The notes under the pieces are model-generated. The model had not been told where the DNA came from. It worked only from the letters and a program-made list of their open reading frames with translations, and ran no database searches. A DNA stretch of 64,000 nt, taken from contig NOWV01000140.1 in the NCBI GenBank assembly GCA_003344405.1, positions 124,001 through 188,000 on the forward strand. The letters run 5' to 3'. The number at the start of each line of letters is the position of its first letter. Position 1 is the first letter of the stretch. Origin of the DNA: Trichoplax sp. H2. Its lineage: Eukaryota. Positions 40,301 through 53,400 of this stretch are shown piece by piece. The translations under genes were made by a program, and so were the position numbers.

Positions 40301-42203
40301 CGGCTGAAAATCGAAAAAGAAGCCGTGATGTTACAATTGCAGATACAAGCAGTGTGATAACTTTGATATCTCTACTATTACGTCTGTATATATAGACCAA
40401 TTGGTTCAACTCTACTGTATATCTGCTAGATATCGATGATCAGTGTCGAGATTCAATATCGTTCGCATTGAGGATATCAATTTAGGATGATCGATTATAA
40501 CGGCTGAAAATTGAAATAGAAGCAGCAATGTTACCATGGCAGATACAAGCAGTGTGATGAGCTTGATATCCTTACTGTTTCCTATATATAGACCAATTGG
40601 TTCAACTGTTTATCTACTAGACATTGATGATCAGTGTCGAGATTCAATATTTATTCGAATTGAAGTTATTCATTTAGGATGATCTATTTTAACGCTATGA
40701 CATCGGTCAATTGATTGCACTGTTTACAGTATCTGCTAGATTTGGATGATTGGTGTCGATATTCAAGCTGGCTTGATTATAGAACGATGCAGATTACGTG
40801 GTTTACGCCTTAGTACTACATCGACTCCAGCAAGATTTTGGCCACAAAATCCTCTTGAAATGGACTCACCTTGATAGCTTTCGCATTTCAACATCATGAC
40901 TAAGCGTATTCAATGTAGTGCGTTCTGACTAATTTCACTTTGCCAAAGTGCTACCGTACTTACAGCTCCACTATCAATAATATTGACTTTGTATTGACAC
41001 AGCGTACCATCTACGCTTTATTGACATCGGTCGGCATGATCTTGGAGTCAACAAGTTGAGAAGGTAAGTAAATCTTAATCTAGTCAACGATCGGCTGACG
41101 ATAGAGATTATATGGATAAAAGGCTCATTTCCTACGGTGTTAATTTCCATTTGGAAGAAAATTTCGAATGGACAGTCAAAGCTGGCGATGAACGTGATGT
41201 GAAATAGTATGACTGTTACTGTATCATTCCGGCTAAAGTACAAGTGATGTTGATTTGTGTTGAACAAAGATCAATGCTTTATTTCATCGTCTCTCCCTTT
41301 CTGCTTCAATCTTACTTTTATGACTATTGATTAGAGTATGGTCTGGAGTGATCGGATGATGGATTGGATAAATGATCGAAAAAGAAATTGAACGTAGTTT
41401 ACTTTGCTAGGACTGTCTATAGCGACTCCTACCACTCAACTCCAGTCGATTACACACTACCTACTATTGCGTGAATTTTTCTCCACCATGTCTACGTTAT
41501 ATCACTCATTCAATCCAGTACAAGCCTATTTCTAGTCTATCTATTAGCGTGTTGACTTTACAAAGTAATCCTATTTCATCGCCTGTCTACCGATACAGTA
41601 AGTGATTTTTTTTTTCTCCTTTCAGTCAATTTATAAACAAGGGCCCACTGATGATTGTTGTCCATTGGATGCAGCTCGTCCATCACGGCAAGTTGTCTTC
41701 AAGTACGGCGAGATATTCACGCCGCTAGTCACTTTATCAATCATGTCGATATCAAGATTAACAAAGGTGATGATGGGATTGCAACTAGTTTACTGTGGAC
41801 AACATCAATCGACTAAGGCATTGGAACCAGTCGACGAGTGAGGTTATTTTATCCAAAGTGATTGGTGTTGTTGTTGGTTCCATATCGATCCAAGATCGAT
41901 TCAAACCAGACAGGCAAAACAAGATTGAACTACGACAGTATCACACTTGTACGCCTACCATGTATAGTAGTGAGTGATGTTGTACTCCAACTTACCAATA
42001 CTAAAATCGCCATAGTGAACTGCTCGATTTAAGATCCAAGTGACGATTAATCCCATCACGCGAGAGTTATAGTAGGAGACATAAATAGTCCAGACGATGG
42101 TCAAGACGGTGAGGATAACATGGCGAGTATAATCGATGGTCGAATTGGTAGGATCGATGGTGGGAAAAACGGAACCAGTTGTATTGTTATTCATGATGTC
42201 CAT
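19352..42203 (-). CDS. BLTP1: Bridge-like lipid transfer protein 1 (KIAA1109/Tweek/LPD-3/Csf1 family), many exons
   Basis: N-terminal TM exon 42203..41996 (VWTIYVSYYNSRVMGLIVTWILNR), then 39365..39287 (GSVSVSFLSGKIMFR), 39073..39003 (IVDGYIIFRWW) and ~38713..38647 (SRIYVVLNGFQFHVYNR). Internal family motifs include CGCQGGCVFF, HVWFNFASP and MSFDQDIGRYL. The C-terminus reads WYLDPKIQFLSWAGERTDPVGIDWVLNKLGF...IPKYLQRGLLDPMD, with the stop at 19352. Not every internal exon boundary was resolved. Confidence 0.96.
26571..26612. repeat. Imperfect (AAT)n microsatellite in a BLTP1 intron
   Basis: AATAATAATAAAAATAATAATAATATAATAATAATT; it explains the poly-Leu/Ile stretch of ORF 26358..26651. Confidence 0.8.
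39470..40790. repeat. Degenerate tandem repeat, ~160-200 bp unit, in BLTP1 coding intron 1
   Basis: TAGACCAATT(GG)TTCAACT at 40011, 40193, 40393, 40589, with shared ATTGCAGATACAAGCAGTG and ATCGATGATCAGTGTCGAGATTCAATAT; older copies lie at ~39490, 39680 and 39835. Confidence 0.9.
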
Positions 42204-42398
42204 GGGTTGATGGATACATTCGATGATCGTTTAGCTTAATAATGTTTCAACAAGGTACAAAATACTGGCAATAAAGTGAAAATCAAGTTGTTGAATGTCT
42301 TCATGTCTTGCAAGACAAGTTCCACTCCCCTTCCACTTGAACACGGAATGGATCGCTAATGGCTTGCTCTTCGCTGTCAATCGACGGGTGTAGTTTGA

Positions 42399-42460
42399 CC
42401 AGGGGTGTTCAAACCACACAGGGTGGGCGATCCAGGGGTGTTCAAACCACACAGGGTAGG
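42399..42460. repeat. 33-bp-period direct duplication
   Basis: CCAGGGGTGTTCAAACCACACAGGGT occurs at 42399 and 42432. Confidence 0.9.
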
Positions 42461-42619
42461 GGATGGAAACACGCTTTGATTACCATGGTTTCCACTGCAA
42501 GGTCAAGCGTCAGGTGCACCACGCACCCATGGAAGAGGTCAGTTGACAGACGATGACGCTCATCCCTAGTGTCAAGTGTATCTTGGGGTGTAACGGGCTG
42601 TAGCGGTACTGGTTCTCCA

Positions 42620-43945
42620 GCCTACAGTACTGTACACTGTTGACTCCAGTGGACACTGGACAGTACTGAGGACCACGACGCAGAGATACTGTACACTGTA
42701 GTCTGAGGAGGGGTAGTGTCACTCAACGACCAAGTCACTTTCACAGTTTCACCCCTGTCGCCCTTAGGTTGCTTTCAACCTACTGCCAAGTCACTTTCCA
42801 TCCCGGTCACCCTCGCAGACAACACGCATTAAGCTTACTGTCGTAGTGTGGAGTGGCTATGGCTCGAGTAAGCCATAGGTGAGAGGGCAACGACAGGAGC
42901 AATGGCGTAGTCCAATTGCACCCGGTTAAAACTACTGTACTAGTGTACAGTAGTGTATGTAAGACTAACCAGTACTGAGGACCAGGACGCAGAGATACTG
43001 TACAGTGTACACTGTAGTCTGACGAGTGGTAGTGTCACTCAACTACCAAGTCACTTTCATAGTTTCACCCCAGTAATCTGAGGTTGCTTTCAGCCTACTG
43101 CCAAGTCACTTTCCATCCCGGTCACCCTCGCAGACAACACGCTTTAAGCTTACTGTCGTAGTGTGGAGTGAGTGGCTATGGCTTGAGTCAACCATAGCGC
43201 AATGGCGTAGTCCAATTGCACTCGGTTAGAACTAACTACAGTACTGTACAGTGTACAGTGTAGTCTGAGGAGGGGTAGTGTCACTCAACTACCAAGTCAC
43301 TTTCATAGTTTCACCCCAGTAACCTGAGGTTGCTTTCAGCCTACTGCCAAGCCACTTTCCATCCCGGTCACCCTCTCAGACAACACGCTTTAAGCTTACT
43401 GTCGTAGTGTGGAGTGACTGGCTATGGCTCGAGTAAGCCATAGGTGCGACGGCAACGACAGGAGCAATGGCGTAGTCCAATTGCACCCGGTTAAAACTAC
43501 TGTAAGTAAGACTAACCAGTACTGAGGACCAGGACGCACAGATACTGTACACTGTAGTCTGAGGAGGGGTAGTGTCACTCAACTACCAAGTCGCTTTCCA
43601 TCCCGGTCACCCGCGCAGACAACACGCTTTAAGCTTACTGTCGTAGTGTGGAGTGACTGGCTATGGCTCGAGTAAGCCATATTGCACCCGGTTAAAACTA
43701 CTGTAAGTAAGACTAACCAGTACTGAGGACCAGGACGCACAGATACTGTACACTGTAGTCTGAGAAGGGGTAGTGTCACTCAACTACCTAGTCACTTTCC
43801 ATCCCGGTCACCCGCGCAGACAACACGCTTTAAGCTTACTGTCGTAGGGTGGAGTGACTGGCTATGGCTCGAGTAAGCCATAGGTGAGACGGCAACGACA
43901 GGAGCAATGGCGTAGTCCAATTGCACCTAGTTAGAACTAAGTAAG
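42620..43945. repeat. GC-rich modular tandem repeat, five units of ~200-320 bp, upstream of the BLTP1 ATG
   Basis: TTTCCATCCCGGTCACCC(T/G)CGCAGACAACACGCTTTAAGCTTACTGTCGTAG at ~42795, 43110, 43356, 43595, 43796. CAGTACTGAGGACCAGGACGCA...GTAGTGTCACTCAACTACC recurs with block deletions. Confidence 0.95.
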
Positions 43946-43989
43946 ATGAACAAGCTGGCCAACTATGACGCTGATTATGTTTTAGTACG

Positions 43990-44260
43990 TCAAAAAGGCA
44001 TTGAAAATGGCTCCCTAGAGGAGAAAGAGAGGGATAGCAAACGACGATCTTGTCGTAAAACCAAGATGGCGTTATTTTCCATAGTCATTTCACTCTACTG
44101 TCAGACTGCAATTTGTAAACTTTACTCTTGCTCGATGACGTCAGCTTCATCAAGCCGGAAAAGTACCCCTGCAGGCGGGCTTGATCGGCGATTTTGAAGA
44201 GTAAATCCCTTCAAAGTTTCGCGCTATAACACCGCCATTTCACTCTTTGCCAGGATTTGA
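43990..44260. promoter_or_regulatory. Putative BLTP1 promoter
   Basis: CpG-rich patch with CAAGATGGCG (YY1-type, 44062), TGACGTCA (CRE palindrome, 44136), CCGGAA (ETS core, 44155), TTTCGCGC (E2F consensus, 44217) and CGCCATTT (44233). It is the nearest such cluster 5' of the gene. Confidence 0.55.
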
Positions 44261-44304
44261 ATAGAGAGAGTAAATGAGATCGCACCATCACTATAAAAGA
44301 GCAG

Positions 44305-45460
44305 TAAATCACGTAGTACGAGTACATGTTGTTGGCCAGTGTTGAACAACGTTTGACAATAGCATCTTGACAGGCCGGCCATTCTACCTATTTATGTAAA
44401 CATTACCCTTTGGCATTTTGCAGTCATACAGTAAGCTCTACTGTATAATTGTAATAAATGCGTCTCACAATAACTATCTTAGTCCAATGGTATTCTCTAA
44501 ATGGCTCTTATTACAAGGTTTTAGCAATAGTAGATCAATAATGAATTACTACAAGAATCTAGCGTAGAATCGAAAGTATTCCGAGCTCAAAGCGAAGTGA
44601 AGTCTCATCTCCTCCGTGAACTCATCTCTGCAGTTCTTATATATGCACATTTTGTTTAATCGATTAATGACAACTTGATTCATCTACAACCAGACATGAG
44701 TCATCAAACAAAATAATTTTCTCTAATGGTACGTCATTATTTTCTACAATCGAAATTATTCTACTTCAGATATCACTACTCTTCTATGAACGTCTAGGCC
44801 CTTTCTCCGAAGGGCATCTTAACAATTACAGTGTTTCTAGCGACATAAATCTTGTACCATAATGAGTCCACTGGCTACCATTAGTCATCAACCATATTTC
44901 TATTAGAGTAGTTATCTATCATCTAATATTAGCCTCACAATAATATCGAATCATAATAACTTCACTATATCAAATAGAGCTATCCACACAATGTTTCGAG
45001 CGACATAAATCTTGTACCATAATGAGTCCACTGGCTACCTTCAGTCATCAACAATTTCTATTAGAGTAGTTAGCTATCATCTAATATTAGCCTCACGATA
45101 ATATCGAATCAAAATAACCTCACTATAGCAAATAGAGCTATCCGTATAATTAAATATGGGTGCATTACTACAATGATATAAATCACGTCGTACATGTTGC
45201 AGGCCAGTCTTGAACAACATGTGACGATATCATTTTGAATCATGACCGATCATTCTGCCTATAGAAACATTGCCTGCCTCCATTTTACATTATGCAAGAA
45301 TAGACTAAATTCAGCCTTACTGTACTTTATGATATCAATCACGTTGTGCTAGTGGCAAGTCAGTGTTGAACAACATTTGACGAGACCATCTTGACCGGCC
45401 CTTCTAACAATATTTATTTATAAACACTGCCCTTCGGTATTTTACATCTTGTAGGAGTAC
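44305..45460. repeat. Local duplications: one 160-bp tandem pair and a ~120-bp element in three copies
   Basis: AGCGACATAAATCTTGTACCATAATGAGTCCACTGGCTACC...GAGCTATCC at 44839 and 44999. ATCACGT...CAGT(G/C)TTGAACAAC...TGAC...CAT(C/T)TTGA at ~44308, 45183, 45338. Confidence 0.85.
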
Positions 45461-46689
45461 AGCAAACGCAACTTTAATGTACTGTATGATCTAGCGCATT
45501 AAAAGCAATACTCTACTCCACGACACTCTATGCACTCAACACTCTCTCGTCATTGTCCAATCTGCAGATAACATCAAAATTATCTATTGTAGACTAATGT
45601 TTTATCTATCAGATAAGTACGCGACAAGCTCGTAGAAATTGAATGGAAGTACACCGGATCCAAATCAATCATCCACTATGCATCAACATGGATCCAGACT
45701 ATTCATTGAATGCCGTAGTCAATAGGATAAATTAGATCATGCATGCCTCACAATAGAGTCTTCGTCAATCAAGGCGAAATAGACTAATCGAATGGAGTAG
45801 ATTGATGAAATGCTCCGTTGGTGGAGTTCTATAATGGAAGATTCATCTACACCACACCATTTTCTTCTAATCGCCATCAGTTCTTGCCATGATCATGACC
45901 ATCCAGATCGATGGTACCTGCTGTCATCGTAGACTGTAATAGCTAATACAGAGCTAAAATGGTCTATCATAGAGTGCACCACTACAATTCTAGCTCATAA
46001 TTAATTCAGATGCGTCTCTCTTTCCCCCATGCCAATCCAGTCGTTTAGTAATTGCATTAATTAATCAATTGTATTTTAACGTAGCAAGACTCCTGTTGAT
46101 TTCGAATTTTTGATATTAAATCATTGTAAGGTCAAAGATGCAAGATGAGGTCAAGTTGGCAGAAATCAGCGTTCGATCACTCTCTTATCCGCGATACCAT
46201 GTTACAGGTAATATTGCTTGATATAAAGGTCGACACCTCTATCTACCCTTGACAGAAAAGAATGTCACTTGTGGCCGTGATTTTGCACTGCATGTGGTTA
46301 AATTAAGGATGACAATGCACGTAGGATACAGTATTGCAGATAATTTTATCCAGTCTTTCCTACTCGTTAGATAGGCATCATGATATCAGAGGTTATTTTA
46401 TCTCCAAACTTCGTAATTCTACATCAACCTGTCGCAAAGAACGCTGGAGTTAGACAATTTCTATAGTAATCATACTGTGTATAACGATCATGGCTCAGCC
46501 AGAGCTGCAACCAGCACGATTTTGTATCGTCTTACTCCTTAAATCAACACGATTGATTACCGTAACTAATTGAATTCGTAAAATTCTTAAGAGATCAACT
46601 TCATACTTGACAAGCGTATAGGACAAGGCGGGTAGTCTTCCAAGAGATCCATTTGTTGTAGTTTTTAGCGGCAATAATTTTCTTATCGA

Positions 46690-47720
46690 AGCGCCTTTCC
46701 GCAGATCGATTTACTTGCAAGTTTTGCGCCAATGATTTTCTTCTCGAAGGATTCATTTATTTATTTCCTCGCTTCGCGCTAATAATTTGCTTCTCCAATC
46801 TCCTTTCTACTGTAGATATCGATTCACTATTTAGCTTTGCTGTATTAATTATCTCATCGACATAGCTACCATTCTAGATCAATTTATTCACTCACTTTAC
46901 GCTAATAATTTCCTTCTCAAGTCTTCTTTCTATTGTAGATATCAATTCACTGTCTAGCTTCGCTGTATTAATTATCTCATCAGCTGTACATAGGTACCTT
47001 TCTAGATCAATTTATTCACTTACTTTACGCTAATAATTTCCTTCTCCAATCTTCTTTCTATTGTAGATATCAATTCACTGTCTAGCTTCGCTGTATTAAT
47101 TATCTCATCAACCGTACATAGATATCTTTCTAGATCAATTTATTCACTCACTTTACGCTAATAATTTCCTTCTCCAATCTTCTTTCTATTGTAGATATCA
47201 ATTCACTGTCTAGCTTCGCTGTATTTATTATCTCATCAACTGTACATAGCTACCTTTCTAGATCAATGGATTCCCTCCTTTTATGCTAATAACTTCCTTC
47301 TCCGACCCCGTTTCCAGAAATCAATTCATCCTCTAACTTCGCCCTATATTAATCATCTTATCTACGTAGCTGCCTTTCTAGATTTATTTATTTCCTCGCT
47401 TTACGCTAATGATTTCCTTCTCCAAACCCTTTTCTAGAAATCAATTCAACCTCTAATTTCGCTGTATTAATCATCTTATCTACGTAGCTACCTTTCTAGA
47501 TAAATTTATTTCCTTCTCCAAACACCTTTCTAGAAATCAGTTCATCCTCTAGGTTCGCTGTATTAATTAGTATATCTCATCTACGTAGCTACCTTTTCTA
47601 GATCAATTTATTTCCCTGCTTCATGTCAATAATTTTAGAATCCAACTGCCTTTCTAGAAATCGATTCACTTTCTGCCCTTTGAGGAAATCATTTTCTAAA
47701 AGTTTATTTATTTCATAGTT
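46690..47720. repeat. AT-rich tandem repeat, ~128-bp unit, decaying at both ends
   Basis: TAGATCAAT at 46875, 47003, 47131, 47258; each unit contains TTTACGCTAATAATTTCCTTCTCC and CTTCGCTGTATTAATTATCTCATC. Confidence 0.92.
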
Positions 47721-48499
47721 TTAGGCTAATAATTTTCTTGTCTAGGCAACCTTAAATGAGATAATTTTATTTTCAAACTTTGCGATAATAATCTAGTCTA
47801 AAAGATTTTCGAGATATCTATATGAGTATACTGTGTTTCTGAGCTTGAAGCTAACAATTTTCAGACACAACCTCTTTTCTGAGATCAGTTTACTTCATAG
47901 CTTTACTGCAATAAGTTTTCTTATCCAATCATTTCAAACTTTGAAAAATTTCTTTTGTTCTTTAAACAGTTGCGGTATGCGTATTCTATATTTTCAATCA
48001 ATTACAATGAAAAGGAAGAAATTTCACTAAATTATCATAATTTGTAGATTCATTTATCCTTAACACGAGCACCCCTTCAGAAATGGGCGTCATAATTACT
48101 GTATTTCCACGTCTTATTAGAATACGCTACTTTTTATACAAATCTAGGCATGCATCTAAGGTATATTTGCATATGCGTTCAGAAATTACATTGAACGTTT
48201 AAAACATTCATACGTATAACCATCAACTTTAGCCATTCCTATGCAATTGACGACATATTTTCCATTTTGATGATGTCGACTAAAATTGCCTAATCTAACT
48301 TTCATACCTGTAGACGGAATACTTTAGATCTGAACATCCACGTAAACGTTGATGCGGACAATGTTTCAAACCATTATCAACCTTCAATCACAGATCCAGT
48401 AATTTGATCCGTAACTGTATGAGCGTATAAGTGTATTTGCTATAATCAGTTTGTAAGAAATGTTACAAAATATGAGATATAAATATCTAAAGCATGGGA

Positions 48500-50420
48500 A
48501 TGAAAGTATCAGCACTTCATCTAATGCACTTTACAAAGTACCCAAATTACTGCAGAAATATTATTTATATTAATTAATATAATCCAAATTCAGCAAGTCA
48601 TCAATACCATGATATTAGAAGAGAATGATTATAAGCCAGCATTAATAGATAATGTCATGCAAATACTACCGCCAAGTTTATATCAACGTATACTCGTTTA
48701 TATGATATATGAATAAGGCCGTAGATAATATGTATGTTTTATTGATATGGGAATAATATAGTTGTCATTTCTTTTTGTTTGAGCAAATCAAGTACTGAGA
48801 ACCATGTATTTATGTTAATGTTAGATAAGTTAATTCAGCCTTCAATCTAACTTACTCACAGATCTAATAGTAGAAAATAAACGTCAATTTAATTTTTATA
48901 TTATATATTAAAGTCAGCTTATTATCAAGCAAACTTATTTTATGGCACGACTCCAAATTTAATTTACTCCATTTCATCCATTATATGATGCTATTGCATA
49001 AATATTATTTATTAAGATGGTTATCGGCGCCATAAAGAAATACCCATCTAGCAGGTGTAGTAATTCAGTTTATCGTAGCTACTCCTGTTGTCATTACATT
49101 GACATAAACTATTTGCTAGAATCCTTTTGTATTAAGTACGTCCTTTAATGTCATTTAAATTTACTTTATGAATTGAAATTATACAGAAATTAATTATATT
49201 ACACAGGCTAAACAAAATTGAAACATATTTAAGCTATAACAGTAAATAGAGAATAGCAATCCAAGTAGAAATTTAAATTCAACATTACTAGCGTTAAAGG
49301 CTAGGATTTGAGGCAGAATTTGGTAAAGATAGGTTTGTAAAGTTATAATTTACTGTAATAATTATTTATTAACTATAGATCTATAACTAATTATAAGCCT
49401 AATTTATAATACTTTGGGTAGTGAATGTCCAACTATCATACGAGTATACCGTATAACTGTGATATGACTGTACGCGTTAATATCATTAAATGGAATTCAA
49501 TCTGAAAACAGAGGAAGATAGTTCCTAAAAACTTAAATACATTGTAATATAATTATTCGTACGAGCCAACATCTGATAAACCTTACAATAGGCCTGAAAT
49601 AGCAATTATGGCAATCAAGAATGCCCAGCCGAGGATAATCTTTTTGTTTAGCGTACCGTATCTAGCATAACTAGAATTTCACTTGCTCAAATTTGAAGCT
49701 GCCCAACCTAGTAGCATAGCCCAAACAATAATAAATACAACTTCAATATACTGTAGTACAGTAGCAATAATGGGTATTAAAATAATCTGACAATAATCTT
49801 GGCTATAAATTATGTTAAATTCTTGGCTTTTTACTTATCCCATTTAAATAAACTGCTACTATCAGCTGGAAGCAAAATTCATCAAAATCAATAGACATAA
49901 GAAAATATCATAAAAGTTTATGTAAGTACATGAAATTATAAATACTAATGACTATTGCTTTGCAATCTTTCCATACACATGCATACTTAATAGTCGGATA
50001 AAACACGTCATTTGATAAATAATACCTCTAATTGTCATCAATTCAAAAACGTTTCTATTTATTATGTAAACAGTACTAGTATCCATGAATTCTGTTATTC
50101 ATTTTTCCATCTATAACATATACACAATGATATTAATAACAAAATTGAAGGATTACTTTTGCTATCTACTAAACAATTGACTTATTTATTCATTAATACT
50201 ATAAAAAATTGATTTATGTCATGAAGTAATTTATAAGAAAATGAAAACGTATATCATGGATGATCAAGCTACTACAATATGGTAATGATAACTGTTTGAA
50301 ATGTCAATCTACTTTATTGATTGTTACCCTTGTGCTCCCATTCCACTTATTACGTAATTAATGACTAGTAACACGTCAAAGTAAACATAGAGGTCGCTTT
50401 AGGAACGTGGAATCATAGCT
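48500..50420 (-). pseudogene. Adhesion/secretin-class (class B) GPCR pseudogene
   Basis: Exon 49802..49587 (AG..GT, 216 nt) reads QDYCQIILIPIIATVLQYIEVVFIIVWAMLLGWAASNLSK*NSSYARYGTLNKKIILGWAFLIAIIAISGL, a TM3-TM4 pattern with the GW motif and an in-frame TGA at 49681..49679. Downstream relics: TC* (from CW) and FFMAPITILINNIY (TM5) near 49000-49060, and VVFA*HYL (TM6) near 48660. Confidence 0.55.
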
Positions 50421-53400
50421 AGGTAATATGATGTAATATATGGAGTTGTCTTCATCTTAACTAAATAATCTAACTAAAAAATAAATTATCTAGTAATAGC
50501 ATATATTCTGGATTAAACTCAATGCTAAAGAATTTTATAAATTAACGTAAATCAAATCATAATTGAATTAAATAGCTGATTGGACTAAATAATAAGAATA
50601 ATAGTATAATCTAAATAAGATTATTAATAACAAAGATAGAGAAAAAAAGAAATAAGTTTTGTCTTTCAATACTTTTAACAGAATATCCCACATATATTGT
50701 AATACCACTTTGCATGGCAAATTAGCAAAAACACTAATACATATACTATTACTGGTAATTTCTTTTGATATAGTTTATAATTGTTTTATAGAATAATACT
50801 GCTATTAGAAATAGGCAATGCTAGCAATCATTTTATTTCTATAACATTAATTCTTTGCCATCCATTCACGATATATCATTATTTATCGAAACACTTTATT
50901 TTAAAGTATTAATTTTACATCAACGTATTCGCATATTGGTATACAGTAAATATACAATTTTATATTTAAAATATTTCCCAAGGTGTATTGAGCATATAAT
51001 GCAATAATAAAAGTACCTCTAAATAAATAAAAATATATGTTTTCCCCCTTCACGCTCTTCGAGTGTGAAGGGAATATGACTAGTATATAATGGCAAATTA
51101 ATTTCATGAATAATTAAAAATATAGACTTAATTTTCGTCTGCATCTGCCAAAATCAGACGTAAGAAAAGCATAGATGGGATGTCTTCCTCCCCTTCATTC
51201 TCTTTACTCTACTCTCATTTTTTTTTTCTAAAATAGATTTTGATATGTTAATGCCGTAAGAAAAAGTGATCTAAAATAATAGAGTATTTTAAACCGATAA
51301 CAGGGTACGTTAACATTTTAATAGTACTCAATTTTCAATTGCATTCCTTTAATAACTGTTGAAAAGAAGAAGCAGCAACTTAATTTCTATCAATTTAACA
51401 ATTGTACCTTAGAAATCTACAACAAAAACAACATTTAGGAATATCGTATTGAAATAAATTTCTTCTAGTTGTCATCGATTTAATCTAAATACTTCGCTAC
51501 TATCATCTAGTATCTTAATTCAATCTACCTAATAGTTATTCATGGGCTTATTCATCATTTCATAAAGAATTTAAGCTTTCAAATTATAATTATTAATGTC
51601 AAAAATAATTCTATTACTTTATCTGGACCTATTAGTATTTAAGCAAATGCTTTATTCTAGGATTCAATAGAATAGTTAAATTCAAATCATTGAATATTAA
51701 TATTATATTTGAAGAATTGTAGGATACTAAAGAAGAAATCTAAATTTTAATTGTCATCCTAGTCAATACAATAGAGACAGTATTATGTTATATACGTATT
51801 AAGTATAGTATATATGTATATCTATGTATCCTACACTGTAATACAGGAGTATAATAATTCATTAGTATGCTTAGATTAGCAACAACATTTATATAACATT
51901 TAATTTTGATGCACATCAGTTAAATTTTTTAACAGTTGGCTACTATATCTAAATAAATACTTAAATTGTTAGTATAGACCATAGCTAGTTGTTAAATTAG
52001 CATTTTAAAAAGTTTACTTTTTTGGCTCATAAAATATCAAGACATTATCTGTATTGGCTAGGGATTTAGGATAGCTTACTAAACCAAATTTAGGAAGGAA
52101 CAGCTTCATAAACGCGAATCAAGAGTATTATACAAATGCTAAAAATCCAGTTGGATCATCTTGAAGGTAAGAATATTAGCTATCCAATTAGATGAAATAA
52201 AAATTTTCGGGGTCTATGGAGTGTAATGATCAAATTAAAAAGCCGCATAGATATAAAAGTGGTAATTCATGATGAATTAAAAATGCTTACTCAAGTGGTA
52301 GTTAAAAATGACATTTTTTGTACAGCATTATTTTAACTTCTTTATTTATGAAACAGCTCTTGCATATAATTATCATCTTGGGATAAGTAAAAATAACTGT
52401 GAAATAAGTTTAAAATTAGACTAGCATAGGATACTAATCATATATACCTTAATAATGAGTCCAAATAGGCTTAGTACACTAATAGAATAGCTAAAACCAA
52501 ATCTTTTTTGAAATTATGTTTTATCTTAAGTTATAAAACGGCAGTAGATGTTACGGTACAGTTTCTGAGTATCAGGAAGATATAGCTATAAGGATATCAA
52601 AAATATAATGCGTAGATAAATTAATTTAGACTATTTAATAATAAATTTAGTATCAACTTTAGTTGATCAATAATACAAGTAGGGGAGGCCCAGGAATCAT
52701 AATTGATATTACTAACAACTTAAAATTTTTATTTTAGAGTAAACTGACATACGAAATAGTGTCTACCCTACCATAACTTTACATAATGAGCAATTTCAAG
52801 ACGCATTTACTATTATCCGAAGAAAATCACTCTTGCATATTAGAAATATAATATATCTGTTGGAGATTGATTCATGATCGCCCATGGTATAATAGACAAT
52901 AAAATTATTTGATGTTAAAAGAAAATATGGCTATTTGACAGACATTAATAAATTTACCTTCAACAGCTTTAGTAGAGTTTTCTAGCTCGCATAACCAATT
53001 TATGTCATTCCTTAGTTAAGTCATTCTAAAATAAAATAACCGATATTAAAAATAGCTAATCGATAGCACTAAATTTGATTAACTAGTTGTCCATTAGGAC
53101 AATCATATATCCGAGATCAATAAGGAAATGAAATTACGGTTTACTCCATTTCTTTGATTGTAAATTCTGCTTTGACTTAAAGTATGAGACTGTATTTTAT
53201 AAAGTTAGCAAAGGATTTATTACGGCTACACTTATCTTCGACAACTTAAGAATTATTTGCAATAGCCGCCTTTTGCGATATCAAGCTAGATCGATTAGAA
53301 GCATTACTAGCCACGTTCTTGATCTAGAATTCTTTCGGCCCTGCATGACAATTAAGCAAATTTCATGATGAAGAATTGAAATTTTTTGTTCAAATTAGAC

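Noticed and set aside
42400-42757. hAT-type MITE (CAGGGGTGTTCAAAC resembles a TIR; partial inverse GTTTCACCCCTG)
   Set aside because: The inverse copy is gapped, there is no 8-bp target-site duplication, and no transposase.
42660-43800. Hammerhead ribozyme in the repeat (CTGAGGA/CTGACGA followed by a hairpin)
   Set aside because: The required GAAA after stem II is missing in every unit, and no core was found on the minus strand.
42620-43945. CRISPR array or tRNA-derived SINE
   Set aside because: Eukaryotic context, no unique spacers and no cas genes. The A-box-like TGGCGTAGTCC lacks a properly spaced B box.
43946-44197. 83-aa ORF as a divergent gene
   Set aside because: It overlaps the promoter motif cluster, has no recognisable domain, and no downstream exons were evident.
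49679-49681. Selenocysteine or read-through TGA in the GPCR exon
   Set aside because: Neighbouring exons contain further TAG/TGA/TAA stops and frameshifts, so pseudogenisation explains it.
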